Positions 1 to 11,600 of a DNA stretch of 64,000 nt are shown here, one piece after another (position 1 is the stretch's first letter; the number at the start of each line of letters is the position of its first letter). Source of the DNA: Eledone cirrhosa. Its lineage: Eukaryota. A model generated the notes under the pieces. It was not told the origin of the DNA. It saw only the letters and a list, made by a program, of their open reading frames with translations, and did not search any database. The stretch covers positions 36,270,001 to 36,334,000 of the forward strand of contig OZ024757.1 in the NCBI GenBank assembly GCA_964016885.1, written 5' to 3'. Both the position numbers and the translations under genes were made by a program.

Positions 1-136
1 GGCGTTTGTTGGTGTTAGATTGCAGTAGGTCGGGCAACTTTGTGTGGGCGTTTGTTGGTGTTAGATTGCAGTAGGTAGGGCAACTTTGTGTGGGCGCTTG
101 TTGGTGTTAGATTGCAGTAGGTAGGGCAACTTTGTG
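1..136. repeat. ~45-bp tandem repeat
   Basis: unit ggcgtttgttggtgttagattgcagtaggtagggcaactttgtgtg. Confidence 0.85.
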
Positions 137-315
137 CATATATACACACACAGTATGTTCAAGTGTGTGTGTGTGTGTGTGTGTGTGCATGCACACACAA
201 TACAAGTCTGGCTCTTTGACTTTACAGATAGTTGTTCTGACTGGCTTCTAGTTTCACATAAATCGAGGATATTTCCCTCCCTCAGAGACATTGAAACTGT
301 TGAGGGTGCTTCCCT

Positions 316-485
316 CCCTCACACCAGTCTCAGAGACCCTGAAATCTGTTAAGGGCACTGTCCCGTCCTCACATCAGTCTCAGAGACCCTGAAATCTGTT
401 AAGGGCACTGTCCTGTCCTCACATCAGTCTCAGAGACCCTGAAATCTGTTAAGGGCACTGTCCCTTCCTCACACCAGACTCAGAG
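316..485. repeat. 51-bp tandem repeat
   Basis: unit cagtctcagagaccctgaaatctgttaagggcactgtcc...cctcacat. Confidence 0.85.
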
Positions 486-509
486 GCTCTAAAAATGTTT
501 GTGAGCACT

Positions 510-1155
510 GTGTGTTATTGTTGGTATATATTGTGTCTGTGTGTGTGTGTGTTATTGTTGGTATATATCGTGTGTGTGTTGTTGGTATATATCGTGTGTG
601 TGTGTTATTGTTGGTATATATTGTGTGTGTGTGTTGTTGGTATATATCGTGTGTGTGTGTTATTGTTGGTATATATCGTGTGTGTGTGTTGTTGGTATAT
701 ATCGTGTGTGTGTGTTATTGTTGGTATATATCGTGTGTGTGTTGTTGGTATATATCGTGTGTGTGTGTTATTGTTGGTATATATCGTGTGTGTGTTGTTG
801 GTATATATCGTGTGTGTGTGTTATTGTTGGTATATATCGTGTGTGTGTGTTATTGTTGGTATATATCGTGTGTGTGTGTTGTTGGTATATATCGTGTGTG
901 TGTGTGTTGTTGGTATATATCGTGTGTGTGTTGTTGGTATATATCGTGTGTGTGTGTTATTGTTGGTATATATCGTGTGTGTGTGTTATTGTTGGTATAT
1001 ATTGTGTGTGTGTGTTGTTGGTATATATCGTGTGTGTGTTATTGTTGGTATATATTGTGTGTGTTGGTATATATCGTGTGTGTGTTGTTGGTATATATTG
1101 TGTGTGTGTGTTGTTGGTATATATCGTGTGTGTGTGTTATTGTTGGTATATATCA
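510..1155. repeat. (GT)n-containing minisatellite
   Basis: unit ttgttggtatatatcg(tg)n; source of three spurious ORFs. Confidence 0.95.
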
Positions 1156-1170
1156 TGTGCAAGTGTACAT

Positions 1171-1347
1171 GGGTCAGCTGAAAAGTTCATAGGCTGACCA
1201 AGATACTCTCATGGAATGACCAAATGAGGTATATTTTTCAACATAGTCCCTGGAAAAAGACAATTCAGTTATTAATAACAGTTGAAACAAATTTCACAAT
1301 TCTAGCATCACTCCTTCATGGTCTGGTTGTGAACTTTTCAGCTGACC
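1171..1347. mobile_element. mariner-type MITE
   Basis: TIR gggtcagctgaaaagttca / tgaacttttcagctgacc; second copy at 45079-45270. Confidence 0.7.
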
Positions 1348-1516
1348 ATTGTATGTCTATCTGTTATGGTTGTTTTTTTTCCTGTTTTAGGATTCCCCTT
1401 GTTAGAATAATGTCTGCCCCACATTACATATATTTCACATATTTCATGCATTCTGGAATGGAAAAGAAACCTAACTAAATCTGTTGTATTTCTATTTTGA
1501 CTTTCTTGAAATTTAG

Positions 1517-1665
1517 ATAAACTTCGGAATCGATCTTCTACAATTGATTCGGCCAAATCTGACAAGTCTGTCAGCTCGACAGCATCAACGCAGTCTAAAA
1601 GTAGCAGGAAGGCCATTTTCGATAGATTGTCTACACCCAAGAAACCTGCAGACACCCCCCCAAAA
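1517..1665 (+). CDS. MAP7: MAP7/ensconsin-like gene, internal exon (upstream exons lie outside the window or were not identified)
   Basis: tttag|...|gtaagt; reads (D)KLRNRSSTIDSAKSDKSVSSTASTQSKSSRKAIFDRLSTPKKPADTPPK; phase 1 to 0, compatible with the next exon; RLSTP resembles the RLLTPT/RLSTP motif of the MAP7 family. Confidence 0.8.
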
Positions 1666-1667
1666 GT

Positions 1668-1702
<35 letters not shown>

Positions 1703-2233
1703 AGAAACTCTCCAAAACTAAGTACACACACACGTCCCAAAAGTAAGTACACACACCAGACACCCCCCAAAAGTAAGTATACACACACACCAGACACCAC
1801 CCTCCAAAGTAAGTACACACACACATCAGACACCCACCCCAAAAGTAAGTACACACACACACACACACACACACATGACACCCCCTAAAAGTAAGTACAC
1901 ACATACACCAGACACACTCCTCTAAAGTAAGTACACACACACCAGACCTCCCTCCCCCTGTAAGTAAGTATATATACAGACACACCCGACAGCCCCTGCA
2001 AAGTACACACAGACCAGATATAACCCCCACAGTAAATAGATATTGTTATACTTTGGGAGGGTCATGCTGCCAGTAAAAACACAAACACCAGTTGGATGGT
2101 TGGTTCAATAGCCGGATGGTTGTTTATATATTGTCACAGCTCTTTCGTCACATATTCTGTGACCTCCTCAGTGACTGGGTTTTTATTTTGTGTCCCTCCT
2201 TCTTTTTCTGTCCTACACCATCTTGTTTTTAAG

Positions 2234-2278
2234 GAGAGATACAAAATAAAAACCCAGTCACTGAGGAGGCCACAGAAT
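2234..2278 (+). CDS. candidate 45-nt cassette exon ERYKIKTQSLRRPQN
   Basis: pyrimidine tract plus taag| acceptor, |gtgtga donor, phase 0/0, no stop, basic composition like the flanking exons; lies inside a long hairpin. Confidence 0.3.
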
Positions 2279-2475
2279 GTGTGACAAAAGAGCTTTGACA
2301 ATATATAAACAATCATCCAGTTATCGAACCAACCAACCAACCGGAAATAAATTGAAGTTAAAACCAACAGGTGCATGTGTTTATTGGCAGCATGACCCTC
2401 CCAAAGAACAACAATATCTGTTTCAACACACGTTTTCAGATAAGAAATCTTGCAAAACAAATTAAAAAGCGAAAG

Positions 2476-2513
<38 letters not shown>

Positions 2514-2514
<1 letters not shown>

Positions 2515-3063
2515 TAGCTGAATTACCCGCGCCTTGCTGCATTTCACACATTTTATTTGTAAGAAAATGATGATTGATTTTAAATCAGTGATATAATTTA
2601 TGGAGAAAAACTCTGCATTTCCATATTATTCAATATAAAATGTAATGCATGAAAAATTGGAAAACATTATTTTTTGTAATATATATTTTTTTGTTGATTT
2701 ACGTTTGATTAATAGAAAAACCCTGTGATAATAGATGTTCCAATACTCAAGTTATAGGCTTCCAAAATTTTCACTATAGGGGGTTTAACCCCCATTAGAG
2801 TGTCTTAATTTGCTGAAATTTTGTGAATAGGCATCATATCTTGTCATTTACCTATGGTTTAAATTTCATATAAATCGAAGGGAAAAAATTTTCAGTGGGG
2901 GGTTTGTGCCCCCGGGGAACCCTTTGATTAAAATGAAATATACTTATCCAAGTACCCTGGGCAATGTAGCTTCACAATATATATGGTTATGGGGGTCTAT
3001 CTCCAAAACCATAGGAGGAGTTTGTGAACAAACAAACAAACAAACAGACAGACAGGAACTACA

Positions 3064-3070
<7 letters not shown>
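2514..3070 (-). mobile_element. non-autonomous Helitron/DINE-like element
   Basis: ttagctg...acccgcgccttgc terminus and (AAAC)n(AGAC)n...tttatatat at the other end. Confidence 0.55.
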
Positions 3071-3117
<47 letters not shown>

Positions 3118-3964
3118 TACACATCCCAAAGTAAGTGTATATACACACACACGCACTCACCCCAAAGTAAGTATATATACACAGACATACTAGACACACA
3201 CCCCAAAGTAAATATACATACAAACACACACGAGACGCACACCAAAGTAAGTATATATACACACACACCACTCGAAATTAAGTACACACCACATACCCAC
3301 AAATTCCTTCCTTTCTACACTTTACCATGTTTGTTACAGCCAGTTGTCCTTCCTATCACCAACCACATTACAGGGTGTATTGGGGATATGTTTTATCATA
3401 TAACGGGGTGGGGGGTCATTGTTTTAACTAGTGATCCCTTTCTACCATACAGGGAAGGGAGTTTACTGGAGATCCCTCTCTACCATACAGGGAAGGGAAT
3501 GGGGAGTTTACTGGAGGTCCCTCTCTACCATACAGGGTACGGAGTTAACTTCTTCCTCCACCTCCATTGTTTATGGGGTTACCTAGATAACAGAAGCTAT
3601 CTACTACTTCTAGTCAGTCTACCATTTGTGTGTCCACTGCCCACTACTGTTGTACACCTGTCACAATTGAAATCTTCCATTTGTGTGACCACTGTCCACA
3701 CTGGTTACACTGAGGGACTTTCTATCCTCTTCTACATATTGAACATGGCATTTACCATATATACTCAAATATAAACCAAGGAGTATGTGACCAAAAAATG
3801 GATGGTAGAAGGGAAGGCTGGCTTATATACGCCATCTAAACAAATGATGATAAGCTACCTCAGTTTATACACAGGGTTTGGATTATCACCTATTCCTCAG
3901 ACATAAAATGGAGCAGGGTGTAGTTTATATTCAAGTATATACACGTTACGTAACTCCTATCTTC

Positions 3965-4250
3965 TTTCCTACTTACTAAAACTACTCTTTACCAGGTTTA
4001 CTTTGAGGCCATTTGATACCAGCTTCTGTTCCCATGTCTGTATTTTCTGCTCTAGTTCTTTAATAGTTTCAGCTATGAGTGTTAGATCATTGACATACAG
4101 GAGTTCCCAATGACAACCAGTCCTAAATTCCTCTGTTATGACCTGAAAGACTATAATGAACAGTAGGGGGCTGAGACCAGATCCTTGGTGGACAGCTCCC
4201 TGCATGCTAAATTCATCACTGCACTCATTGAAGTTAACCCTCACCACCAC
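3965..4250 (-). mobile_element. RTE RT fragment
   Basis: VHQGSGLSPLLFIIV...ELLYVNDL...GLKVNL. Confidence 0.8.
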
Positions 4251-5107
4251 TACCACCAATGATTATTAAATCATTTTATGTGGTTGACATTAGGAAGGGC
4301 AACCACCTGTAGAATATGAGGCCAAAAGATAGATTATATGAGCAAGACATGGTCACATAATAGGACAACCTGTCTAACCCATGCAAACATGGAAAATAGA
4401 TTTTAAATGGTGATGTATTAGACAGGTGGTTACAAGTTCCAATTACCAGATATACTGTAATATAAGCTGATACAAATATAAGCTGACCGCACTATTTTAT
4501 GCCTGAGAAATGGGCAAAAATTTAAACCTTGTTTATGTAGAATTTGAAGCTGGAGAAAATCATCAAAACATTGGGCCCCAAATATAGTCCCCATCCTCTT
4601 CCATTTTACATATCCTTGGCTTATATTTAAGTATATACAATAATTACTGACTTGGTTTCTCACAAGCATGGAAATAGAGATGTTAAATTGTGATGGTGGT
4701 AATAGTAGTAGTAATGAAGCTGGGTGGGGATAGTTGTGTGCATGAGGTGGGGTAGGGGTTCATCTTATACTGAATTTTCTGTCATGAGGATTATATAATG
4801 TATTAACACAAAAGAGGCTTATCAGATTAATACGAGGTTGTAGCCAAGCTGATCCTGTTGGTTGGCTCGCTAGCTGTGTGTATATGTATATATGTTGTCT
4901 GTAACCTGTTTAGCTTGCTTCGTTTTTTTGGCTCCGGTGGCTGATAGCTTCATGACTGCCGTTTTCAGTTTGTTTAGCCTCTATAACGTACGTTAATTGC
5001 TCTGATCTTCTTTTAGTCCATTGAGCGCTTGCCGCATATCTTGAAAGTTACGTCGTTTCGCTTTGTTTTTGACCACAGCCGAAATACGATTTCGCTGAAA
5101 TTATATT

Positions 5108-5146
<39 letters not shown>

Positions 5147-5744
5147 ATTTATATATATATGTTTGTGTATATATATATATATATTTAGTGTTGAAGTTAA
5201 CTTATGTTTAGAATTACAATAGAAAGCTTGTTGAGAAATTTATTTAAAATTAGATTAAAAAAGAAACCAAAAGCAGCTGGCTCTAGTTAATGTCTTCTTT
5301 TCTCCTTCCATTCTTTCTTTGTATTATTGAAATAAGGTATTTGTGAGGTGGAGTGTGTGCAGAAATTTGGTGCTAACGGTGACTGATATGGTATGGACCT
5401 GTAACTCCTGAGAGAGTCATAGAGGCACCGTATTGGTATACAGGGTTTTTGGGGCATTTTTAAGCTTGATGCAGCCCATCTCCTCTCCAGGTTTGACTAC
5501 AGCAGATTTCTTTCAGAGAAAGTGAGAAAATGATATAAAGGAAGAATCAACCCTTGTACTTGACTAGTACTTGACTAGTACTTTTGTTACCAAACTGGAA
5601 TGGATTGAAGGCAAAGTTGACCATGGCAGGATCTGAACTCAGCAAGTTGGATGAAATTCCACAAAGCTTTAAATCTGATGTTCTAATGACTCTGCCAATT
5701 CGCTGCCTTGCTAATGGGGACTAGGTGGTCCATAGATTTTGGGC

Positions 5745-6885
5745 TAACCACCACCTCTTACCTTCCTGCTACCACCACCGCCACCTCTTACCTTTCTACC
5801 ACCACCGCCACCTCTTACCTTCCTACCACCACCACCACCTCTTACCTTCCTACCACCACCACCACCTCTTACCTTCCTACCACCACCGCTTACCTTTCCT
5901 ACCACCACCAACAATGCTAACACCAACAACACCACCACCAACAACACTAACACCACCACCACCAACAAACTAACACCACCACCACCAACACTAACACCAC
6001 CACCACCAACAACACTAACACTAACACCAACACCAACAACAACACTAACACTAACACCAACACCACCAACACTAACACCACCAACACCACCACCACCAAC
6101 ACTAACACCAGCAACAACACCACCACCAACACTAACACCACCACCACCAACACCACCACCAACAACACCACCACCAACAACACTAACACCACCACCAACA
6201 CTAACACCACCAACACCACTAACAACACCACCAACACCACTAACAACACCACCAACACCACTAACAACACCACCAACACCACTAACAACACCACCAACAC
6301 CACTAACAACACCAACACCACCACCAACACTAACACCACCAACACCACCACCACTAACACCAGCAACAACACCACCACCAACACTAACACCACCAACACC
6401 ACCACCAACAACACCACCACCAACAACACTAACACCACCAACAACACTAACACCACCACCAACACTAACACCACCAACACCACTAACAACACCACCAACA
6501 CCACTAACAACACCACCAACACCACTAACAACACCACCAACACCACCACCAACACCACCACCAACACTAACACCACCAACACCACTAACAACACCACTAG
6601 CAACACCACCAACACCACCAACACCACTAACACCACCACCAACACCACTAACACCACCACCAACACCACGAACAACACCACCAACACCACTAACAACACC
6701 ACCAACAACACTAACACCAACACCAACAACAACACCACCACCAACACTAACACCACCAACACCACTAACACCACCACCACCACCACCACCAACACTAACA
6801 CCACCAACACTAACACCACCACCAACACTAACACCACCAACACCACCACCACCACCACCACCACTAACACCACCAACAACAGCAA
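5745..6885. repeat. CCA/ACA/CTA trinucleotide-based array rich in ACTAAC
   Basis: direct inspection. Confidence 0.95.
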
Positions 6886-6909
6886 TACAACTTTTTTTTT
6901 CATTTTCAG

Positions 6910-6969
6910 TCAACTGAGAAGAAATCGTCGGCACCTAATTCAGGAACTACCACTCCTACTCCAAGAAAG
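6910..6969 (+). CDS. MAP7: MAP7-like exon, 60 nt, symmetric
   Basis: ttttttcattttcag|TCA...AAG|gtgaca; STEKKSSAPNSGTTTPTPRK; phase 0/0. Confidence 0.75.
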
Positions 6970-7576
6970 GTGACAAGATTTTATTGTGTTAATAATTCTT
7001 CACTGTACCGCCAAACTGGTCATACTGCACACTGGTCACAACCACCACCAACATCCATTTACATTTGCAGGCATGTTTTACATGCACACATACACAGTAT
7101 AATCACACAAACACACCTGTCTATCTTATCCCTTACCTATGTCACCTGTATGTTTTACCACCACCACCACCCTCCTGTCTACCCCACCTGCCATTGCACA
7201 CCTGTCACAAGCCACTTTTAACCTACTTTACAATCAATTAAACTTGTTCTTTTGACTTAAATCCCCACCCTCTTCCATGAAGGAGTTCTCTCCCCCTTAT
7301 CTCCATATAACCATTTGTAGTGTTGCTAGCTCCCTATATCTTTTTGTTTTGATCTTCTACTTGTCTGGCAACTCATTTCACATGAGACCTGTCTGCAATT
7401 ACATTGTCAAGCTTTTCCTTAACAGCTATAATATCATATGCCATCAGAAGGCTTCCCCCACTACAATATACCGTATATACATATATTTGATGTATATACA
7501 CTCACACATACAAACAACAACCCTGTGTGTTTGTCCATGCTCTCTATATACTTACAAAAGAATAGTTTTACTAGAT

Positions 7577-7626
<50 letters not shown>

Positions 7627-7649
7627 TTATATATGTGTGTGTGTATGTA

Positions 7650-8400
7650 AAAGGTAAACAGAAATAACAACACAATCGGTATAGTATATGGAAGGTATAT
7701 ATAATTATAAATAAAGAGGGTAGTACTAAGCACTAGCCCATTACCAGTAAGAGAAAAGGCTCAATGTAAATTATCAAATTATTACAGAGCCGAGATACAA
7801 AATATAAAACATTCAAATCTTAGTTTAATACATTTAATTGTTGACAATTGTGTCTTCCAGACGAATGTCTGGAATCATCGGAGCATAGAGAATGTTTAAA
7901 CAGGTAATTAAAATCCTAGTCTTGAGAACATTTATATAGATACATAACTATTGCCAGTGTCAGTGACATCAAAAACGAGAGTGACAAAAAGATGTTATGC
8001 TTTTATAACATACTGTCACTGCTAATCAAATAGTTTTAAGACCCGATATAATTTGCACCTTCATTCGTTTAGAAACCCTTGACTTAGTAACGCAACTTCA
8101 CTATCCACATACATACACTCATTAAAAACAAGTAATATACCATATAAAAGCTAATGAAATAAATTTAAAGGTAGTAGTATAGTATTATTTCCGACATTGG
8201 TTTATATCAGCTACTTGGTTTGAAGTAGTAGAAAAAATATCTGTGGTAATGTGGACACGTGGAAAATATCTCTGATTTTCTATTTAGCAGGTTAAGATTT
8301 GAATGAATAATAGTGCGAGACTCAAGGATGCAAAGGTTACAGAATTTGTTAGGTGGTTTATATGAAGGGGCCTTAGCTATCACTTCCCATTCTAGGGTAA
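7650..8400 (-). mobile_element. Penelope-like retroelement 3' fragment (C-terminus of GIY-YIG endonuclease region plus pLTR)
   Basis: LEWEVIAKAPSY...CNLCILE...LLNRKSEIFSTCPH matches the PLE endonuclease C-terminal pattern; degenerate hammerhead downstream; left boundary approximate. Confidence 0.7.
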
Positions 8401-8686
8401 TCATCATCATCTTCGTTTAACGTGGAAGTTGTTTCTCTGTCTCCCATTCGTTCTCCACATTCATCAGTCTCTCATAATGAGACTTCCAGGCTTCCTTTTT
8501 CTGATCATTCGTGACACTTTTTTATTCGTGCTTTTTTATTGACACCAGCACTACCTCAGTTTCACACTTTATATGGAAAAGGGGAATGAAAGTTGTGCTT
8601 TTGTCCTTCTGGAGTACAAAAAATAGAGACAGGATCACAAAGGATAGAGAAAATAAATATTATATATATATATTTATATATATATA

Positions 8687-8732
<46 letters not shown>

Positions 8733-9070
8733 ACACACTCGGCCCACTACCCCCACCACATCCACACCACCCCTTTCGATGTAAAGTTATGTTGGTACCA
8801 CAACATCCAGTCCGAAATAAATGAGGTTGTGTAGGTGTCACGACAAAAAAAACACACAGTCCACGCTGTAACGTGGCCGTGTAGGTAACACGGTAAGAAC
8901 CTCCCAGTCCACACTGTAAACGTGGTTGGTTTAGGAAGGGCATCCAGCCGTAGTAAACCCTCCAGACAGTCCTATACGAGCAAGACAATCTTGCCTCAAG
9001 TGGGAAAATTCCTGTCCAAACCCATGCAAGCGTGGAAAAGGGACGTTAAACGATGATGATATATATATAT

Positions 9071-9265
9071 ATAACGAAGGAAGTGTGGTAAGGAACCAGA
9101 TGGACCATAACGCACCAGAGTACTCAATACTTAGGGTAGTAGAGTGGGTAATAGGAAAATGTTTAACCCCGCCAGCAGAGCTCAAGCCGTTTCGACGGCT
9201 ATTTCTGGACAGAAATAGCCGTCGAAACTGCTTGAGCTCTGCCGTCGGGGTTAAACATTTTACTA
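9071..9265 (+). mobile_element. ~200-bp fold-back element in (TA)n, copy 1
   Basis: unique ~85-bp arm plus ~110-bp palindrome; other copies at 27118, 31603, 46585 and a diverged one at 22898; strand is arbitrary orientation. Confidence 0.75.
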
Positions 9266-9582
9266 TATATATATATATATATATATATAATCAACATTTT
9301 TGTAGAGTACACTTGCACTAAAATACTTAAATAGCAATTTCATCTGTTGAACTATTTTGTAAAAATTATCATGTCGACAGGAACGCCAATAACTCACCTC
9401 TATCGATCGCCTTATCACAGGACACAATTATTTGATTACCTTGATTTTCAGCCTTACCAAACTCACTTAAGCTGACTCTGTTTTTATGATAAAGAATTGT
9501 TTCTCTTGAAGGCCAACTTTGCCTTTCATCCATTTGAAGTTGATAAAAATGTACCGGTCAAGTACTGGTGTTGATTCTTCCT

Positions 9583-9619
<37 letters not shown>

Positions 9620-9879
9620 ATTCCCTGGAAGAAATCAGCTGTGTTCAGACAGGGAGAGGAGTGGTTTTTGCCAAGTTTGCAATGTTCACGAAATGCCATA
9701 TGCCCTGGTGACTCAACCAACAGTTAAGGGTCCTTACATACATTTATCTACCTTACATTATAATTTCAATTCAGTCCACTCAACATGGAGTTGACTGGAT
9801 TCACTCAGGGTTGACTTGGAGTTGTCTGTTGTATTGTTAGTCACTTAATGTCAATGGCACCACCATTTCTGTTTTACAG

Positions 9880-10094
9880 CCCAAATCTACCAAAGACAAA
9901 GGCCCACGTGAGTCTCCTAATCGTGAAGGTACTCCAACTCCATTAGCGGCAGCTCTTGAAGACCAAATGACCCGCTCAACTCAAGATATCACTGAAGAGG
10001 AGTACAAGATTAAACTGGCAGAGAAACGACGCCAGGCAAGGGAAAAGGCTGAGAAAGAAGCGGAGTTAGAGCGACAAAGACAGGAAGAACTCAG
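9880..10094 (+). CDS. MAP7: MAP7-like exon, start of MAP7 domain
   Basis: ttttacag|...AG|gtatgc; PKSTKDKGPRESPN...EEEYKIKLAEKRRQAREKAEKE; LAEKRRxARE is the MAP7-domain hallmark; phase 0 to 2. Confidence 0.9.
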
Positions 10095-10527
10095 GTATGC
10101 AAAAGATGTTACTGTTTCCGAAAATTTTATACTGAACGAAAATTTTTTATCATCACCATAGATTTTACATTGATTTTTTTTTTTTTTTTTTTTACATGCT
10201 ATCATGGGTTGGACAAAATTTTGTGCAGCAATTTTTCACACCCAGTTGTTCTTTATGACAGCAATCTTTTTGGTTACCTCTTACAGCACACAAGGACACG
10301 GTGTACATCTTGTAAACCAGATATACATGGGGATACAATGTACCTATTGTAAACCAGATATACACAACGATGCAGTGTACCCAGAGGTGTAACTAGGGTA
10401 AGGCAAGCATGGCACGTGCCATGGGCACCATATGAAGGGGGTCGCCTCTTGGACTAGGAGCACGTTCTATTAAAGTCAAATAAGCCTTGTCGGAGAGTGA
10501 AAAAAGAAACTCCTTCAGATGTATGAT

Positions 10528-11162
10528 ACACACAGGGATACAGTGTACCTATTGTAAACCAGATACACACAGGGATACAGTGTACCTATTGTAAACCAGA
10601 TATACACAGGGATACAGTGTCCCTATTGTAAACCAGATATACACAGGGATACAGTGTCCCTATTGTAAACCAGATATACACAGGGATACAGTGTACCTAT
10701 TGTAAACCAGATATACACAGGGATACAGTGTACCTATTGTAAACCAGATATACACAGGGATACAGTGTCCCTATTGTAAACCAGATATACACAGGGATAC
10801 AGTGTACCTATTGTAAACTGGATACACACAGGGATACAGTGTACCTATTGTAAACCAGATATACACAGGGATACAGTGTACCTATTGTAAACTAGATATA
10901 CACAGAGATATAGTGTACCTATTGTAAACCAGATATACACAGGGATACAGTGTACCTATTGTAAACTAGATATACACAGAGATATAGTGTACCTATTGTA
11001 AACCAGATATACACAGGGATACAGTGTACCTATTGTAAACTAGATATACACAGAGATATAGTGTACCTATTGTAAACCAGATATACACAGGGATACAGTG
11101 TACCTATTGTAAACTAGATATACACAGAGATATAGTGTACCTATTGTAAACCAGATATACAA
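10528..11162 (+). repeat. 37-bp minisatellite
   Basis: unit cacagggatacagtgtacctattgtaaaccagatata. Confidence 0.95.
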
Positions 11163-11419
11163 TATAATATTTTCCATGTTGAAACAACACTATGACTGTA
11201 TTTTTGTATATATTTGTCTGTTTGTGTGTACATATTTGTATGTTTGTGTGTGTGTATATATATTTGTATGTGTTTGTGTATAAATCTATGTGTTTATGTG
11301 TGTATATATCTATATGTATGTATGAGTTTGTATGTTTGTGTATATATCTCTGTAAGTTTTAATTTATGTAAGTCTGTTTGGAATGAAATGAAAATGTTTC
11401 CCATTTTTGTTGTGTTTAG

Positions 11420-11600
11420 GCGGCAAGAAGAGGAAAGGATTCGTTTAGAGGAGGAGGAACAAAAACGCCTGGAAGAAGAATGTATGCGTGTTGCAGCTGA
11501 AGGTAGGTTGGCTGAGGAAGAACGGCTTCGTAAGGCCATCGAAGCTGAGGAACAACGCAAGAAGGAAGAAGCCGAACGTCTGGAATTAGAGAAGAAACAG
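11420..11600 (+). CDS. MAP7: MAP7-like exon, E/R/K-rich helical region
   Basis: tttag|G...CAG|gtaggt; RQEEERIRLEEEEQKRLEEE...LELEKKQ; phase 2 to 0. Confidence 0.9.

Noticed and set aside
284-352. Possible upstream MAP7 exon (RDIETVEG...)
   Set aside because: Runs into the 51-bp tandem repeat with a stop and no donor
495-1197. Three overlapping 218-228 aa Cys/Val-rich ORFs
   Set aside because: Translations of a (GT)n minisatellite
5744-6934. 396-aa Gly/Val-rich and 318-aa Val/Leu ORFs (structural-protein-like)
   Set aside because: Antisense reading of a trinucleotide array in an intron; no credible ATG, signal peptide or splice support
10528-11162. CRISPR-like 37-bp repeats
   Set aside because: No spacers (head-to-tail units), eukaryotic context, no cas genes
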